Both the position numbers and the translations under genes were made by a program. Shown one piece after another: positions 25,201 through 38,100 of a stretch of DNA of 64,000 bases. Position 1 is the first letter of the stretch. Each line of letters begins with the position of its first letter. The stretch covers positions 585,370-649,369 of the forward strand of contig NW_003314285.1 of assembly GCF_000143415.4 (NCBI RefSeq), written 5' to 3'. The notes below the pieces were generated by a model. That model saw only the letters and a program-made list of their open reading frames with translations, did not search any database and was not told where the DNA came from. The stretch is from Selaginella moellendorffii. Lineage: Eukaryota; Plantae; Lycopodiophyta.

Positions 25201-28200
25201 GACTCCCCATGCTGGTGCACCAACTTATAGCTAAAGCACGCTATAGATCATAGCTTAGGAACTTAGTTCCTCCACACTGCCAAGTCCTCTCACTTGACAA
25301 GTCTGTGATCATGCATGGACTCCTCCATGCTCGGCCCCATGGGCCACCCCTTTTGAAGTTAGCACTTTCAACTAGGGGATTTGTCCCCCTGACTTGCCAA
25401 TCTCACTTAGCAAGTCATCCAACCCCCGTAACATGGTTCATGCATAAGTGTGAAAGTCCTTAACCATCAACTTTCGTTAAAAACCCTCTCTTTGAACACT
25501 CGGGAACCACTTCCCCAACCTTGATAGCCTCGCCTCATGGCCAGCTTCAAGATTACACTTCTGCTGCACCACTCTGATTTCGCGCACTCTAGGAACCATT
25601 TACCCTTGGATTTCTAGGTACTAAGCTACTTAGAATCGTCTTCGGGAACTTTCAAGGAACTTTGTTCCTTAGCTTGCTAAGGCTTCTCCTTTGCAAGCTC
25701 CCTACTCACCATATGGTCCAATATGGATAATTCCACATTTTAGACTCTCTATAGCACCGCGTTGCTAATAATAACATCCTTGAGCACCCTCTTGATTCTT
25801 CACTCCCAACTTGCATAACCACCATTGGTTATGCCTTTTGATTTCTATAGTTCAGTTCCATCCCAATACTACTTGCTTTTTGGCCCCATATGTTTCCTTT
25901 GGTTATTCTCCTCTAGACTAGGAGGATAGCTTTGCACATTTTACCATGCTTTAGTAAGTATTCATAGGGATGAATCTACTTAATAGATTAGGGAGTGGTT
26001 CCTCAATCTGGGCATGCTCATTTTATAATCCCACACACTGGGATTACCATTGCTACTTATGGGCCTCCATATGCCCATCACTAGCCTTGCCAAAATCCCA
26101 TTTTTGGCTTTGTCCAAATCGGGTAGACAGATTCCTCCCGTCTCCACAACCTTGGACATTTGGATGGCATCTCCTATCCATCATTCACTAGGGATTCAGT
26201 CTCTTGGGCCTTATTTATTACCCTCGCAACACTAAACACCACCTTCTGGTGTTCCAGAGTGTTTGGGTGTCCTAATGATGGTCTCTTTGACAATGAGTAT
26301 TTCTTTTTTCAGTATATCACAACATAAGCAATTTATTCCCCGTAAGGGTATATCTAACTTCTTTATGCCATTAAGAAGTCTTGGGTAGTTATCTTCTACC
26401 CATTTAACCAATTATCTTGCACCTCTTGTTTAGTTGCCCCCATAGTTATTAAAGTCCCTACCACCTCAATTGGCTTGGGTGCTTCCACATCTCCATAATT
26501 ATCTTGGTCACCACACTCTAACCACATGCCTTCCAGTTTAGGCTATGCCATTCCCTTGGCAAGGGGTTCCCATGAACCCATCAACATAACCTCAAGGTAT
26601 CACTTTGGCACATTTAGTGTCTTTACACCAACGGTTCCACGAGCCTACCTCTATGACACTTTTTACTTGTGTCTAGGTCTTTGCCAAGACCAAAGCAGTC
26701 ATTTTTCATGCCAACTATTAGTTAGCATTGCACCATAGTGTTCATACACAACTCTATGCCAAAGTTGCTTTTTTCCTTAGGGAACACCTTTCCCACGACT
26801 TTAGCATGGCCCATTCTACTATCGATGAGATACCCTCTATTCTCATCCTTGAATCCTATGATCCCCCCATCCTTCGTGGGATACAACACACCTCAGTCCA
26901 AATGCTTCCATCAATCCTTTAGGATTATTCCTTGACTCTATTTGAGTCATCCAGCTTTTTGGACTTTGTCATCCGACGACCCATGAGGTCCTACCTTTGA
27001 GGTGCCAGCTCACTGGAATACAACTTCTTGTATTCAAGTCCTACTCACAAGGACCATCTTTGCAAGTGTTACTCCGACACTTGATTTGTTCTCTTTGGGC
27101 AACCTTTTGCCCCTTACGACCACTTGTCCATGTGATGAGAATACCAACTCATCCTCTGAGTACATCCCTAACTCCTTCTGTTGTTCCAGCATTTATTAGA
27201 GGTAGCTCCGGCTACCATTTCAAGGACTCGTGTCCTTTTCCATATTTGACCTCCCATGGTCATTACTTCTAGTCTCACATTCATGAGCACCAACCTCAAC
27301 TATATGAGGATAATGTTGTGACTCCTTTATTGCTTTGGAGTCTCTATCTTTCACATGATCCCAACTATAATCGTTTACCAAAACTACATTAGCTAATTGG
27401 CTACATCAAACACTCATCTGGATCACATCCTCAACTCTCCGAGGAAACCCTCATACTGTTCCCAAGATCCCAAAGTTGTTCCCTTACTGGCCCCTTTTCT
27501 ATCCACCACATCGCGCCCAAGTTCACGCATGAACTTGAGTGGAGAGCCATATCCTCTCGACATGCTACTCCTCAAAGATAGGCCCACTCCTAGGACCTTC
27601 CGATGCCAATATCAATAGTGATATACTTGAGCACCAATAAAAGTCGGACTAAGGAACAGCTCCGATACCAAATTGTAAGCGACTAATTTTTCCATTCTAC
27701 TTTAAAGCTCTATTTCGTTAAAGTGGGATTTATTCAGTAAAATGGGACTAGGTACAAATTTTCAAGTATTTGAAAATGACGTGAAATTATATGCTTTTTG
27801 TCCAGGGGCTAGACATATCTGGGGCATGGTGACTAGCGCGGTGACTTTGTGTCCAGACTGAGTCCATCTGGTTGTATAATAAATCTCATTGTCAAGGTGA
27901 ACAAGCCGAATCTGAAGCTAAAGAAAAGCGATGGCATGCGCGCACACACTATTTGTTTGTTCATTGAGCGTGTGGTGAGCTTTCCAAGATGAACGTCATT
28001 CCTATTAGCCAGACATATAACTTAATGGTGAGAACATTTAGATATTATTCAATGTTATCTTTTTCTAACGAATCTAATTGTGAAGGTGTAGCAAGAGGCA
28101 TTGCTAGTCTAGAGAAGTCATTTAACTCATTTGACCCTTAGTGTATTTTCATGAAACTAAATAACATTCATATTATTAAGGAATTTCTCTAGTACCTTTT

Positions 28201-28393
28201 TTTTACGACATAGAGGCTTGCATTTCTTTCAAAGGTGATTTAGTAAAAGGCCTGAGGGCACATGCCATTCTATTTCTCAGACCGGTATTAAGATATACTA
28301 GTGCAAAGGGCCATATGCCATCACGCCTCCTCTGATTCAGATTCAGATTGTTCACCTTGAAATAAAATACATTAGAAACTTAGTAAAGGAATA

Positions 28394-31300
28394 TTAATGA
28401 ATCTCACCTTGAACCCGGGTTATGAATGCTCTTGCTGCATCTCTTGCATGGTCTGGCAAGGTGATGGTGGCACTCTGCTTCCGCATCCAACCATGCACAA
28501 CATTATCCACCGATATGCTCATGCTGGGATCCCTTGGATTCAGCACCCATCTCTTTTCTAGGCAATCCTTCGTATATCTGGAACTTGGCTTGAACCACTC
28601 CACAGTTACATTGAAGGAGTTAGTTTCCGCGTCCTCCTCTGCATCAGTGATGCAGCGCCCCACCCATATCATTTGTTTTTTATTACTGGGTTTGACAAGC
28701 ACGACCATTCCTTTGCAGACCTGTACTGGATTGAATGCTGAATCCGGCTTCTTGTTCCTCGGCCCACAATAGTGATCCTCAACATCGTTATCTATCACTG
28801 CATTTCCAGATGACATTGTTCCGCTACTATCTGGTGCTCTGGGTTCTGGCCAAAAGGACTCTTCCAATTCTTCATATACAACCGGCCCATTTTGGATAGC
28901 AGATATAATCTTCTCCCAGTATTCGAGCAAAGGCTTGCACCTCTTAAAATAGGATTCTCCACCAAACACCAACCCCCTCTTCCAGAAGGCAATATGCTGT
29001 CTAATCCCGGCCACTATACTTTCCTGGTCTTTGAGTCCATCCGGGTGCATCGGCCGTGGGGAACCCTGAGGAATCATAGGTTCCCCAGTTATGGGATCTC
29101 TCTTGAAGAGTTCAATGCCATCCACTAGCAGCCACACTATGTCCCATTCTCTCATCTTGTACCTCATCACTGGAGCACCGTCACGCATGCTGAAATGAAA
29201 CTGAAGAGGCTTGGAGTGGCCAATCAGCGTTTCGGATCCGTCCCTGATGTAGCCTCTTACAAACCCCTTAAAGTCTGGAACCTCTGTCACAAGTGCAGCT
29301 TCAACAGTGCCTTTGATGCAATTTTGGAATTCATCGTAGAGTTGTGGGAGGGTGAGGACATTGGATCGCCGGAGGGACTCTGCCAGGTGACTGAACATGG
29401 CATCGACGTCTTCATGAGTGTGCCCAACCATGAGAAAGCCAAGTGTAACTGTTTCAAATATGCCTTTGGCAACAAGCATCGCCAAGTATGCGAAGACGTA
29501 CATGTTTTTGTTCTCACTGCCAGCATTGTCTGTTTGGAGCAGAAGATGGGGTGGAAGGCCACATCGGCCGCAAGAACTTCCTTGAGATTCTGCTTCGTTT
29601 GGATGAGGCTGTGCATTCACCGGGCGACTAGCCTCGTCGGAATGGCATGAGGCCTCACGTGATAACCCTACAATCTGACGGCCAACATATTCACTGGGAT
29701 GGCATGGGGCCCCACACGATACTGCAAGCCTTTGCTCCTCCTCCAGCTGAACCCTGTATGGGGTTCGATCGACAAGGGCCTTATGCAAGGGTTGGCCGTT
29801 CAGCTCAGTCTGCACACTTTGCAGAGACCTTAAGTGTTTTGCTAGGGACGCAATCATCATGTTTGCACCCCCGCCACCCCATAGAGGTACAAAGAAGTTC
29901 CCATAGTTCTAGGCACCATGCCCATGAGCGATTATGCCAAACAGAGACACAAGCAGCTGCATGGATGAAGAGATTGCCTTGGGGGCAGGATTGAGTTGAG
30001 GTAAGCACGTCTTTTTCTGGTCCATTTTGTCGTGGATGATGCAGAGGTAAGAGTCAGGTCTCTCCATGGAGAGAATCCTGTTATGATAATATGCAGTCCT
30101 GCTGCTTCTCTGCTCGATGTTGTGGTCGAGCCGCCTTCTAACTAACGTCTCTCGCTCTTGAGCGCTGCAAGAATTCTTCGACAAAGCCATTTTGATAGCA
30201 GTGCACTCGTCACACTTTGAAAAGCTAGAGTACTTTCCTATACTCACATCCCTGAACCTGTTGCTCCACAATCTACTAAATCTAGATTGGCTCAGCTTCC
30301 TGTAGCCATTACTCTGGAGTTCCCGATTCACATCTTCCAATATGGCCCCCTTGGTATACATGGAAGGGAGAACTCGTTGGGTGTCTCGTGTTCCATATTC
30401 CAAGAGGCGGGTTTTATGTGGTTGCTGCTCGCTACATGTCTCGACAAACCTTTTGAAGATTGCCTCTCCATATACAACATGACCCCTGGTTTTGTGCATA
30501 CCGTCGTTCCCATGGACTGCCTGTTGAACCCTTTGTTCCTCGAACTCAGTTTTGATTCTGTAGAATGTGCTTCGAGGGACTCCATAAATGATTCTCCATG
30601 CCTTCATGCAGACCAAACCCCTCTAAAAGACCATGCCCCCCACCTGATGTTCTGAAGCATCAACAGATGACCGTAATGCCTCATACACAAAATTGCGAGC
30701 TGCCTTCCAGGACAATGTCTTGTATCTTGCTCTCTCCTCTTCAATAGCATCCCAATCAGCATGTTGACAGCACCTCCTCCTGCAACAAGCAACTGTCGAG
30801 ACCATTCGAACCTCCATCGCCATTTTCTGCCTTTTCGGTTCGTTGCTTAGATCCCTTTGGCTGCGCTGTAGGAAGGTGTACTTTCTTTTCCCATGAAGAG
30901 ATGTTCTGTCATCAGTTGTAGTGGTGTTTGATTGTGAATCCTTCACATTCTCAAACACTAAATGCCTCAATTTCCACCGCACAATGCTTCCAATAGTCAG
31001 ACTGTTTTCTTCTGTGTCAACAACCTCTAAAATCGCAACTCCAATATCATCCCAGCCCAATTCTTGATTAGCAACCGCATCTCTTGGATCGACAACTGTG
31101 GCTAAGCCCTCAGCTACCACCTCCCCCTCGGGGTTGTTTAGAAACACCTTTGCCTGAATCCATGTAGCACGGTTCTTAAGATCCACGGAGGGAACATGCG
31201 TCGCACTTGCGCTGTCCCCAACATCTGCTTTCTTCTGCAGATTTTTCAAGGCAACAACAACATTTACCCCGACGACCATCTCTCCTCGTTCAATAGCAAC

Positions 31301-31462
31301 CACATTCCCATCGAAGACAGTCTCTACTGATACAGCAGCATTGCCTTCCCTAAGCCTTTGACAGTGTATAACAAAGTTTCGATCCATAGACACAAGGGTC
31401 CCTTTTGCAACTCTCTTCCCACCATTCAAAATGTAAACCTTTTCCCCAACCCTGAAGGCCAT
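28394..31462 (-). pseudogene. DDD transposase of copy A, two premature stops
   Basis: ORFs 30623-31462, 29909-30616 and 28394-29860 share one frame; TAG at 30623-30625 and 29909-29911 where copy B has CAG. Confidence 0.92.
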
Positions 31463-34400
31463 TCTGAAAGTGCAGAAAAGAAGTTAAGACCATACAAAAA
31501 ATGATTGGAGAATGGCATAAATCATAACATACCAAATAGCATGAGGCCACATGCCATTATTCAAACATGCTATTGACACCCACGTGAAATTTCGCATTCA
31601 CAAAATTGGCATGAGGCCTCATGCCATCTTGATATACACACAGCTGCAGGCAAGTAAAAACATACATGACAATACGCTAGCCATGAAATTGCAAGGGCCC
31701 AAGATGGCATGTGGCCTCATGCCATTTCTAAATGTGGTCCTAAACCATTCCATGGTGAACATACCAGGAAGCACAAGTGCCGAATATCAAGAGGAAGCGG
31801 TAGCCACACCAAAGACAGTGCCGCTCGCAACACCGCAACTACTCGTAGTGCCGCTCGTAACACCGCAACTGCTCGTAGCGCCGCTCACACAAACTGCCAC
31901 TCGCATAAACTGCCGCTCGCAATGGCGCTCGCAATGCCGCAACCGCTTGTAGACACATAAACCACAGCTCACAATGCCGCTTACACAAGCAGCGCTCACT
32001 GCGCTCAGCGGAACCAAGAACACGGCACACAAAAATGATAGACCTAGGAATGAGTTCGAGAATTCAAAAATAACACACGTTTGAACGTCACATCAAATCC
32101 TCTGACAAACCAGATCTTATGATTCCTCTGACAAATTTCAAACTGAGTAGCTTCTAGACTTTGCTGTCGGAGGTTGAACTTTGTCACATCATGTCCTTGC
32201 CTCGATCCAGCTGTGCCATGTCAGTGATTCGAACTTTGCCATGCCATGTCAGCGATCCGCGCCAAGATTATTCGCCGTGTAAAGGAATAATTATGCTGTG
32301 TCTGTACGTCCATTTATGGCAATATAAGGCCACACGCCATTCAAAGAATAATGCTAGTCGAGCATTTTTTGGTGCATTTTTGGGTTCAAAATTGCATGAG
32401 CCCACATGCTATAAAGTTTACCTGTACCAAAAATAGAAACAGCTTTATTTACTTGGGAATTTAAGTGGTTGAGGCATTTTTAAACTTACAAACATATGCC
32501 CTACTTACATTCATTTGGTTGCTTAAAATTCAAAAATATTATAAACCTTTCTTTTTGCATTTTCAATGTTTTCAATTATGGTTTTTGATTTTCACAGGAC
32601 CAGCCTAGTAATCTATTTGCATCCCGTCATGTTTATAGCTAGCTTTCGTTTGTCCCCTTCACTAGCCTGAGATACATCTGCTAGGCATCTGCCTCTTACA
32701 GCATTTGCCCAGAAAGGGCATCTTTCTTCACGCAGCATTTGCCACATGTTTAGGGTTAGGGTTTAGGGTTTAGCAATTCAGTAGCTTGATAAACATGCAA
32801 ATACAGAACTTGATGCAAAATCCTTTGATATGTCACAATGCCCCTAGGACCATAAACACATTTCAATAGAGAGGGTCCTTTCATTTCATCACTCCTTACG
32901 TAGATCTTGGTGAAACCAGAGTTAGTGAAGTTGGTTTCTTGTGATCCCGCATCTGATTGTGATGTCCCTTTGCAGTGTCGATGGAAAGGTCAATGCACAC
33001 CAAACTGTAGAATCTTGGAGCAAAATAACGGTCGGATCTATGGCAAATGCCCCTGAAACATTGTAAGGCTCGTGTGGCCTCATGTGGTGTCCGATCGAGA
33101 TGCTTCTTTGCAGGGTCATCAAGAAGGACATTGTATACCATTCTGTAAAATCTAGTTGCGATCTAACGGTTGGATCTCTAGGAAACTCAAAACAATCTCG
33201 CGCGTGTCAGAATATTCTAGGAATATACTCCTATGTGCTCCTGAAAATGGCATGCGGCCCCACGCCATTCAAGAGATAACGCCAGATGACGCTGAGCATT
33301 TTTTGGTGCATTTTTTGGGATCAAAATTGCATGAGCCCACACGCTTGAACGTCACATCAAATCCTCTGACAATTTATTTAGCTGAACATCTGGCATTTTT
33401 GGAAATACAAGATGCTTTGGAATATCCAATCATGCATGGTATAAATATAGCGAGGGTATTAAATGATATCCCAATCATGATCTTTCTTTTGGATTTCGCG
33501 TGCATGCAGTCCGAGGAATGATGACGTTGCGGATTTCTTTTGGATTTCACGCATGCGCGCGCCGATCCAGAAATTAATGGTGGCACCCAAGTCCGAGGAA
33601 TGATGACGTGGCGGGATTACCAACCGTCGTGACATTTCGCGCGTGTGAGGTTAGGTTTTGCATTTTGCTTCGTACTTGCGCTCGCACACTCGCGCTCGCA
33701 TCGCGCTCCCACTCGCACTCCCACTTCTCTACAGGTTTCTCGTGTGCATCGGCGTCCACTCGCGCTTGCATCACACTCGCGCTCGCATCGCGCTCGTGTG
33801 CATCGGCGTCCACTTCAAGACACACCCAGTTTATAACTTCGCCACCAACTCCGCCGCCCACTCCGCCACCCACACGCAGCCCACTTTGCGTCCCGGGAGA
33901 TTTCAGCGCCACTCTCCAACTGTAAGTGGCAGAGTAGCCTTGCTGCTACGATCCGCTGCACACACAGTGCACATTCGCTAGCGAGTCCGGTTGTCACGCC
34001 TCCATTCGGCTGCAAATGGTAAGTCTTTTAGGCCAAGTAGAAAATGGCATGAGGCCACATGCCATTCAGTAGCAACATTGGCATGCACCGATTGGGCTCT
34101 CGAGTGCAGTCCGGTTACAGATGGCGTGTAGCCTCACGCCATCTTAGGATGCAGCCTCAAGACATCTAATGCAGTGGTGAATGGCGTGTGGCCTCACGTT
34201 ATTTCCAGCTGCTAGCTTTTCTTCTGTCAGCTCTAATTGTTGTGCATTTCTGAACAGGCGAGGAATTGCGTTCTTCTTCCAGCCACTGTCAATGTGGATG
34301 CAGAGAAGGGGGAGGAGCTCACCAGTTGGACTTTCGGGATGGAAGGCGAGGATCTAAGGCTGTACAACACAGATGGTGGGAGAAAAGAATGCATGGGGAT

Positions 34401-35103
34401 CCTCATCCAAGTGACAGACACTCCATGCAGTTCCATGGAAGAATATGGACTGGCACTTGTGGTAGAGACAGCGTCTGCCTTCAAGATCCACCTTGCACAT
34501 CCTAGCGGCTTCCCGGAGGGGGGCAGCGGCTATGAGGAATTCCTAGAGGGAGCTAGGGAGAGGTTGTCCAGGAGGCCCACAATTTCAAAGACGCTGCGGG
34601 TCTATGAAGATCACATGGAATCCACAGACCTCACCTACGGCGATGTTCAAAAACTATATTCAAGCTCTATTTCGTTAAAGTGGGAATTGTCATTATCCCA
34701 CTTGTAAAATAAGGTTTCCAAACCTTTATATAGTATATAAATATAACAAAATTCAACTGCATTGAGGCACATGCCATTTTATTTTAAACAAGGAAATGTC
34801 TACTCAATCACTTCTCCTCCCCCTGCCACTGCTTCACCTCTCTCTTCTCCTTGTCATCGTCGTCCAATTTCTTTCCATCCTTTTAATATTGGCTCAGTTG
34901 CTCCGAGTCTAGGTGGAGCCCAAGTCCCCATTCAATCTTTACTTTCCCATTATTAATAAAACAACTTCGTAGACTTCCAATAACATGCTGTAACACTTCT
35001 AGTATAATGCAAATCCTCTCAAAGAATTGTCTTTTAATATTAATACAATTGCATGGAACACCATGCCATAATAAGTTACATTTTTAAATAAATACATGCC
35101 ATC

Positions 35104-38100
35104 TCAGACTGTTATTTTTTGCCTCCAACGCCTATACAATAATCTTGGAATTTCATCACTCTCCACACTATCAGGATTTAAACCCAATAGTAATGCCATC
35201 TCTTCTCTAATACGTCCACGCTCATGTTCAGTGGTCGAAGAACCCATCCGGTTGAGCAGATTATGGAGATGCGGATAGTGCTTGGCTAGACAATATACAT
35301 GCCATAAATGATGACTGGTGTCTGTCCGATCAAATGGCTTCTGATATACCGTTCCATCTGCCATTTGGTTGATTTCTGCAGCCACCTCCTGGACTGGCCG
35401 GTTCTCTATCACCATCGCTCCAAGCCGTTTTGCAAGGTCCCCCAGAACATACGGTTTCTTCTCCCTAGTTTCCATACTGCAAGAGATGGGGTGCACTGCA
35501 TATGTGTGCGTGTTCGCTGCAGTTTTAATCGGCGAGTCATCGATGATGAGGATTTCACTTGAGCTAGCAGTCCGGTTCATCACTACAGCCTCTGGCTTGA
35601 CGAAGATGGGCTTGCTACCCCTCACATGGACCATAGTCAAGCAATCCTCCTGCGTTAGGAGAAAGTCAAATGGTAATATTACTCGCGTCTGATCGTGCAT
35701 CATCTGTAGCAACGTTAATGCATTGTGGCGCATCATGGATGTCCAAACTCCCAATTGCAAATTGAACCCGGCCCTCTGTTTTAAGTGTCGCATGGTCATT
35801 ATTAGATCCCGCAGTTTCTCCCGTGTGATTAATGTGAATCTGTCTCTTTTGACCAACTTGCGACCGCAGGCTTTGGAGGGTGCAATGACATTCGAGGACG
35901 AGCCACGCTCATGGGAGAAAAGGACACCGTTCAGATAAAAAACGATACAGTACCTTCGCCGTGACTCTGAAATGAAATGCGTCAGCATAAAAAATGGTAC
36001 AAGTCAATTTTACCATCTACAATATTAGCGAATGTTGCTCCCGATGGTCGTTGAGAGGGTTTTGGTCGAGGAAACGTGAAGGGCGGAAATACTCTCCTCT
36101 GCAATGTGGGGTCAATCGCATCCGATGGCGTGTGGGCACATGCCATTTCAGCTGTAGACTCTGGTACAACTGGCTCAACAGTGGCATGGGGTGGTTCCGA
36201 TGGCGTGTGATCACACGCCATTTCAGCTGGTGCCTCCGTTGGCAAAGTGGACATGACCGAACAAGCAGCAGGGGCGGTGTAGGGAGGTTCCAATGGCGCG
36301 TAGTCAGACGATTGGGCACACGTTGAGTCCATTGGAAATGAGGATACGACCGGCTCGGCGGCTGGGGCGGCCTCATGTGGGTCCAATGGCGCCTGGTCAC
36401 CGTCAGTTGGATACGTGGACAAGATTGACTCAGTGGTATGGGCAGCATCAAGTGGAGCGTGGTCAGCTTGCTTGGCGTTGATATGGATAGTGGCCTCCAC
36501 CAGCTCTGATGACTCTTGCAGCCAAGTAGAGTCCACTGGCGGATCCATATGCATGTCCAAATATCTCCCTTCGATTGAGATGGTATCCTCCCGTGCTACT
36601 AAAAACAAACTCATTAGCACATTGAATCGACTATACTGTATTTACCATCAACTGCTATTGAGGAACTAGGACCGATATCACTTGAGCGCACTGCTGATTC
36701 TGAAGGATTGGACATACGTTTCGACCCTTGCTTGGCACTATCCTTCCTCGACACTAAAGGCTAGAGTTTGTAAATTCAACTGAATAATCTCTACTTACCA
36801 TTTGCTCTGCGACCTACATGGACAATGTTAGAAATGGTAAAAGGTTAGGAATGGATGTATTATTATTTACCTGATGGTTTGTCTTGTATGACCTTCCTCC
36901 GCCGCTCTTTGGCCACCTCAGGCTGGCCATCGTCGTCATCATCGTCGTCGTCGTTATTGTGATCGTCACCATTGTGAGGACCATCCAAGTCCTCTTCGTC
37001 CTCCTCTTCTTTGTCCTCCTCTTCTTTGTCCTCCTCTTCGTCCTTCTGCTCTTCTTGCTCATTATCTTTCTCTGGCTCCTCATCCCCCTCCTGCATTTCT
37101 TCCATAGGCTGCTCAGGCTGGATGGCTTGTTCTTCCAGGACCATCTTGGGAAAATCATCTGGCCGAGTCTCCATCTCAAAATACAAGACATCCATAGCTT
37201 GTTTTAGTGCGTGACCTAGGACCGTATCCTCACCCGACTGTCTTAACATGGTTTCTGCACGTTCTTGCACCCTTCGAAGACGACGAGATGAGAAAAACGT
37301 GGCCCTGCCTTGAAAAGCTTCCCTCATCCATTGTACCTCTCCATTGAGATTGGGGAAGGGGAGTCCGCCATAGGAATCTGAGTCATGAGGTGGTGACTGC
37401 CTGCTTTCACTCAGCCCTTGATCTGCAATGAATGGCATGAGCACACACGCCATAACCGCGAGGCATTACCTATCATCTTTTCGTTGCCCTTCTTCCTTTT
37501 CGAATCAAATGCCTCTGATCTCGACGACTGTCCAACGTGCTTTCGCTTTTTATGACCACTGTCAGTTTGAGCTTGGCTGGTGCTTGCCTGTTTTGCCTTT
37601 GAAGAAGTTTCTCCTGCAAGGAATGGCATGAGACCACACGCCATTGCAAATATAATTTGTACCTCCTTTTTTCCTATTGCTTTTCTGTTTGTCCTTCTTC
37701 GATGCGCCACCAGTGCGCTTTTCAGTCCTCATGTCTAAATATTCACAACGATCTATAATCAAAATGGCGTGAGGCCTCACGTGACCTTACCTTGTGCAGG
37801 TTGTGAGCTCGGCCCAACATGGGTATCTTCAAAAGTAGCTGTTAACGCCGTTTCAGCATCTGGGGGTGGCCACGCTCCTGCATACAGAGCTTGTGAGATA
37901 ACATTTAAACTTAAAGTGTGTACTCACCAGGTTCGCAGAGAAGATACTGTTTTTCTTTGGCAACTGTAATTATATGCTCCATTGAAGTCATCTCTTCAAT
38001 GGAGTTTGTCACCGCAACACAAGGGACACCCTTGAGTAGTGCGGCTCGAAAGAATAGTCCGCCGCAGTTGTACTCGACAACGCATTTGCCCTTGGAGTCG

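Noticed and set aside
27701-27728. piggyBac or CACTA assignment
   Set aside because: TSDs are variable 4-mers rather than TTAA or 3 bp, termini are AAGC rather than CCC or CACTA, and the catalytic motifs differ.
34237-34707. 156-aa ORF as an independent gene
   Set aside because: It is the 5' part of A's cargo exon 2 reading into B's TIR; its annotated start lies in intron 1.
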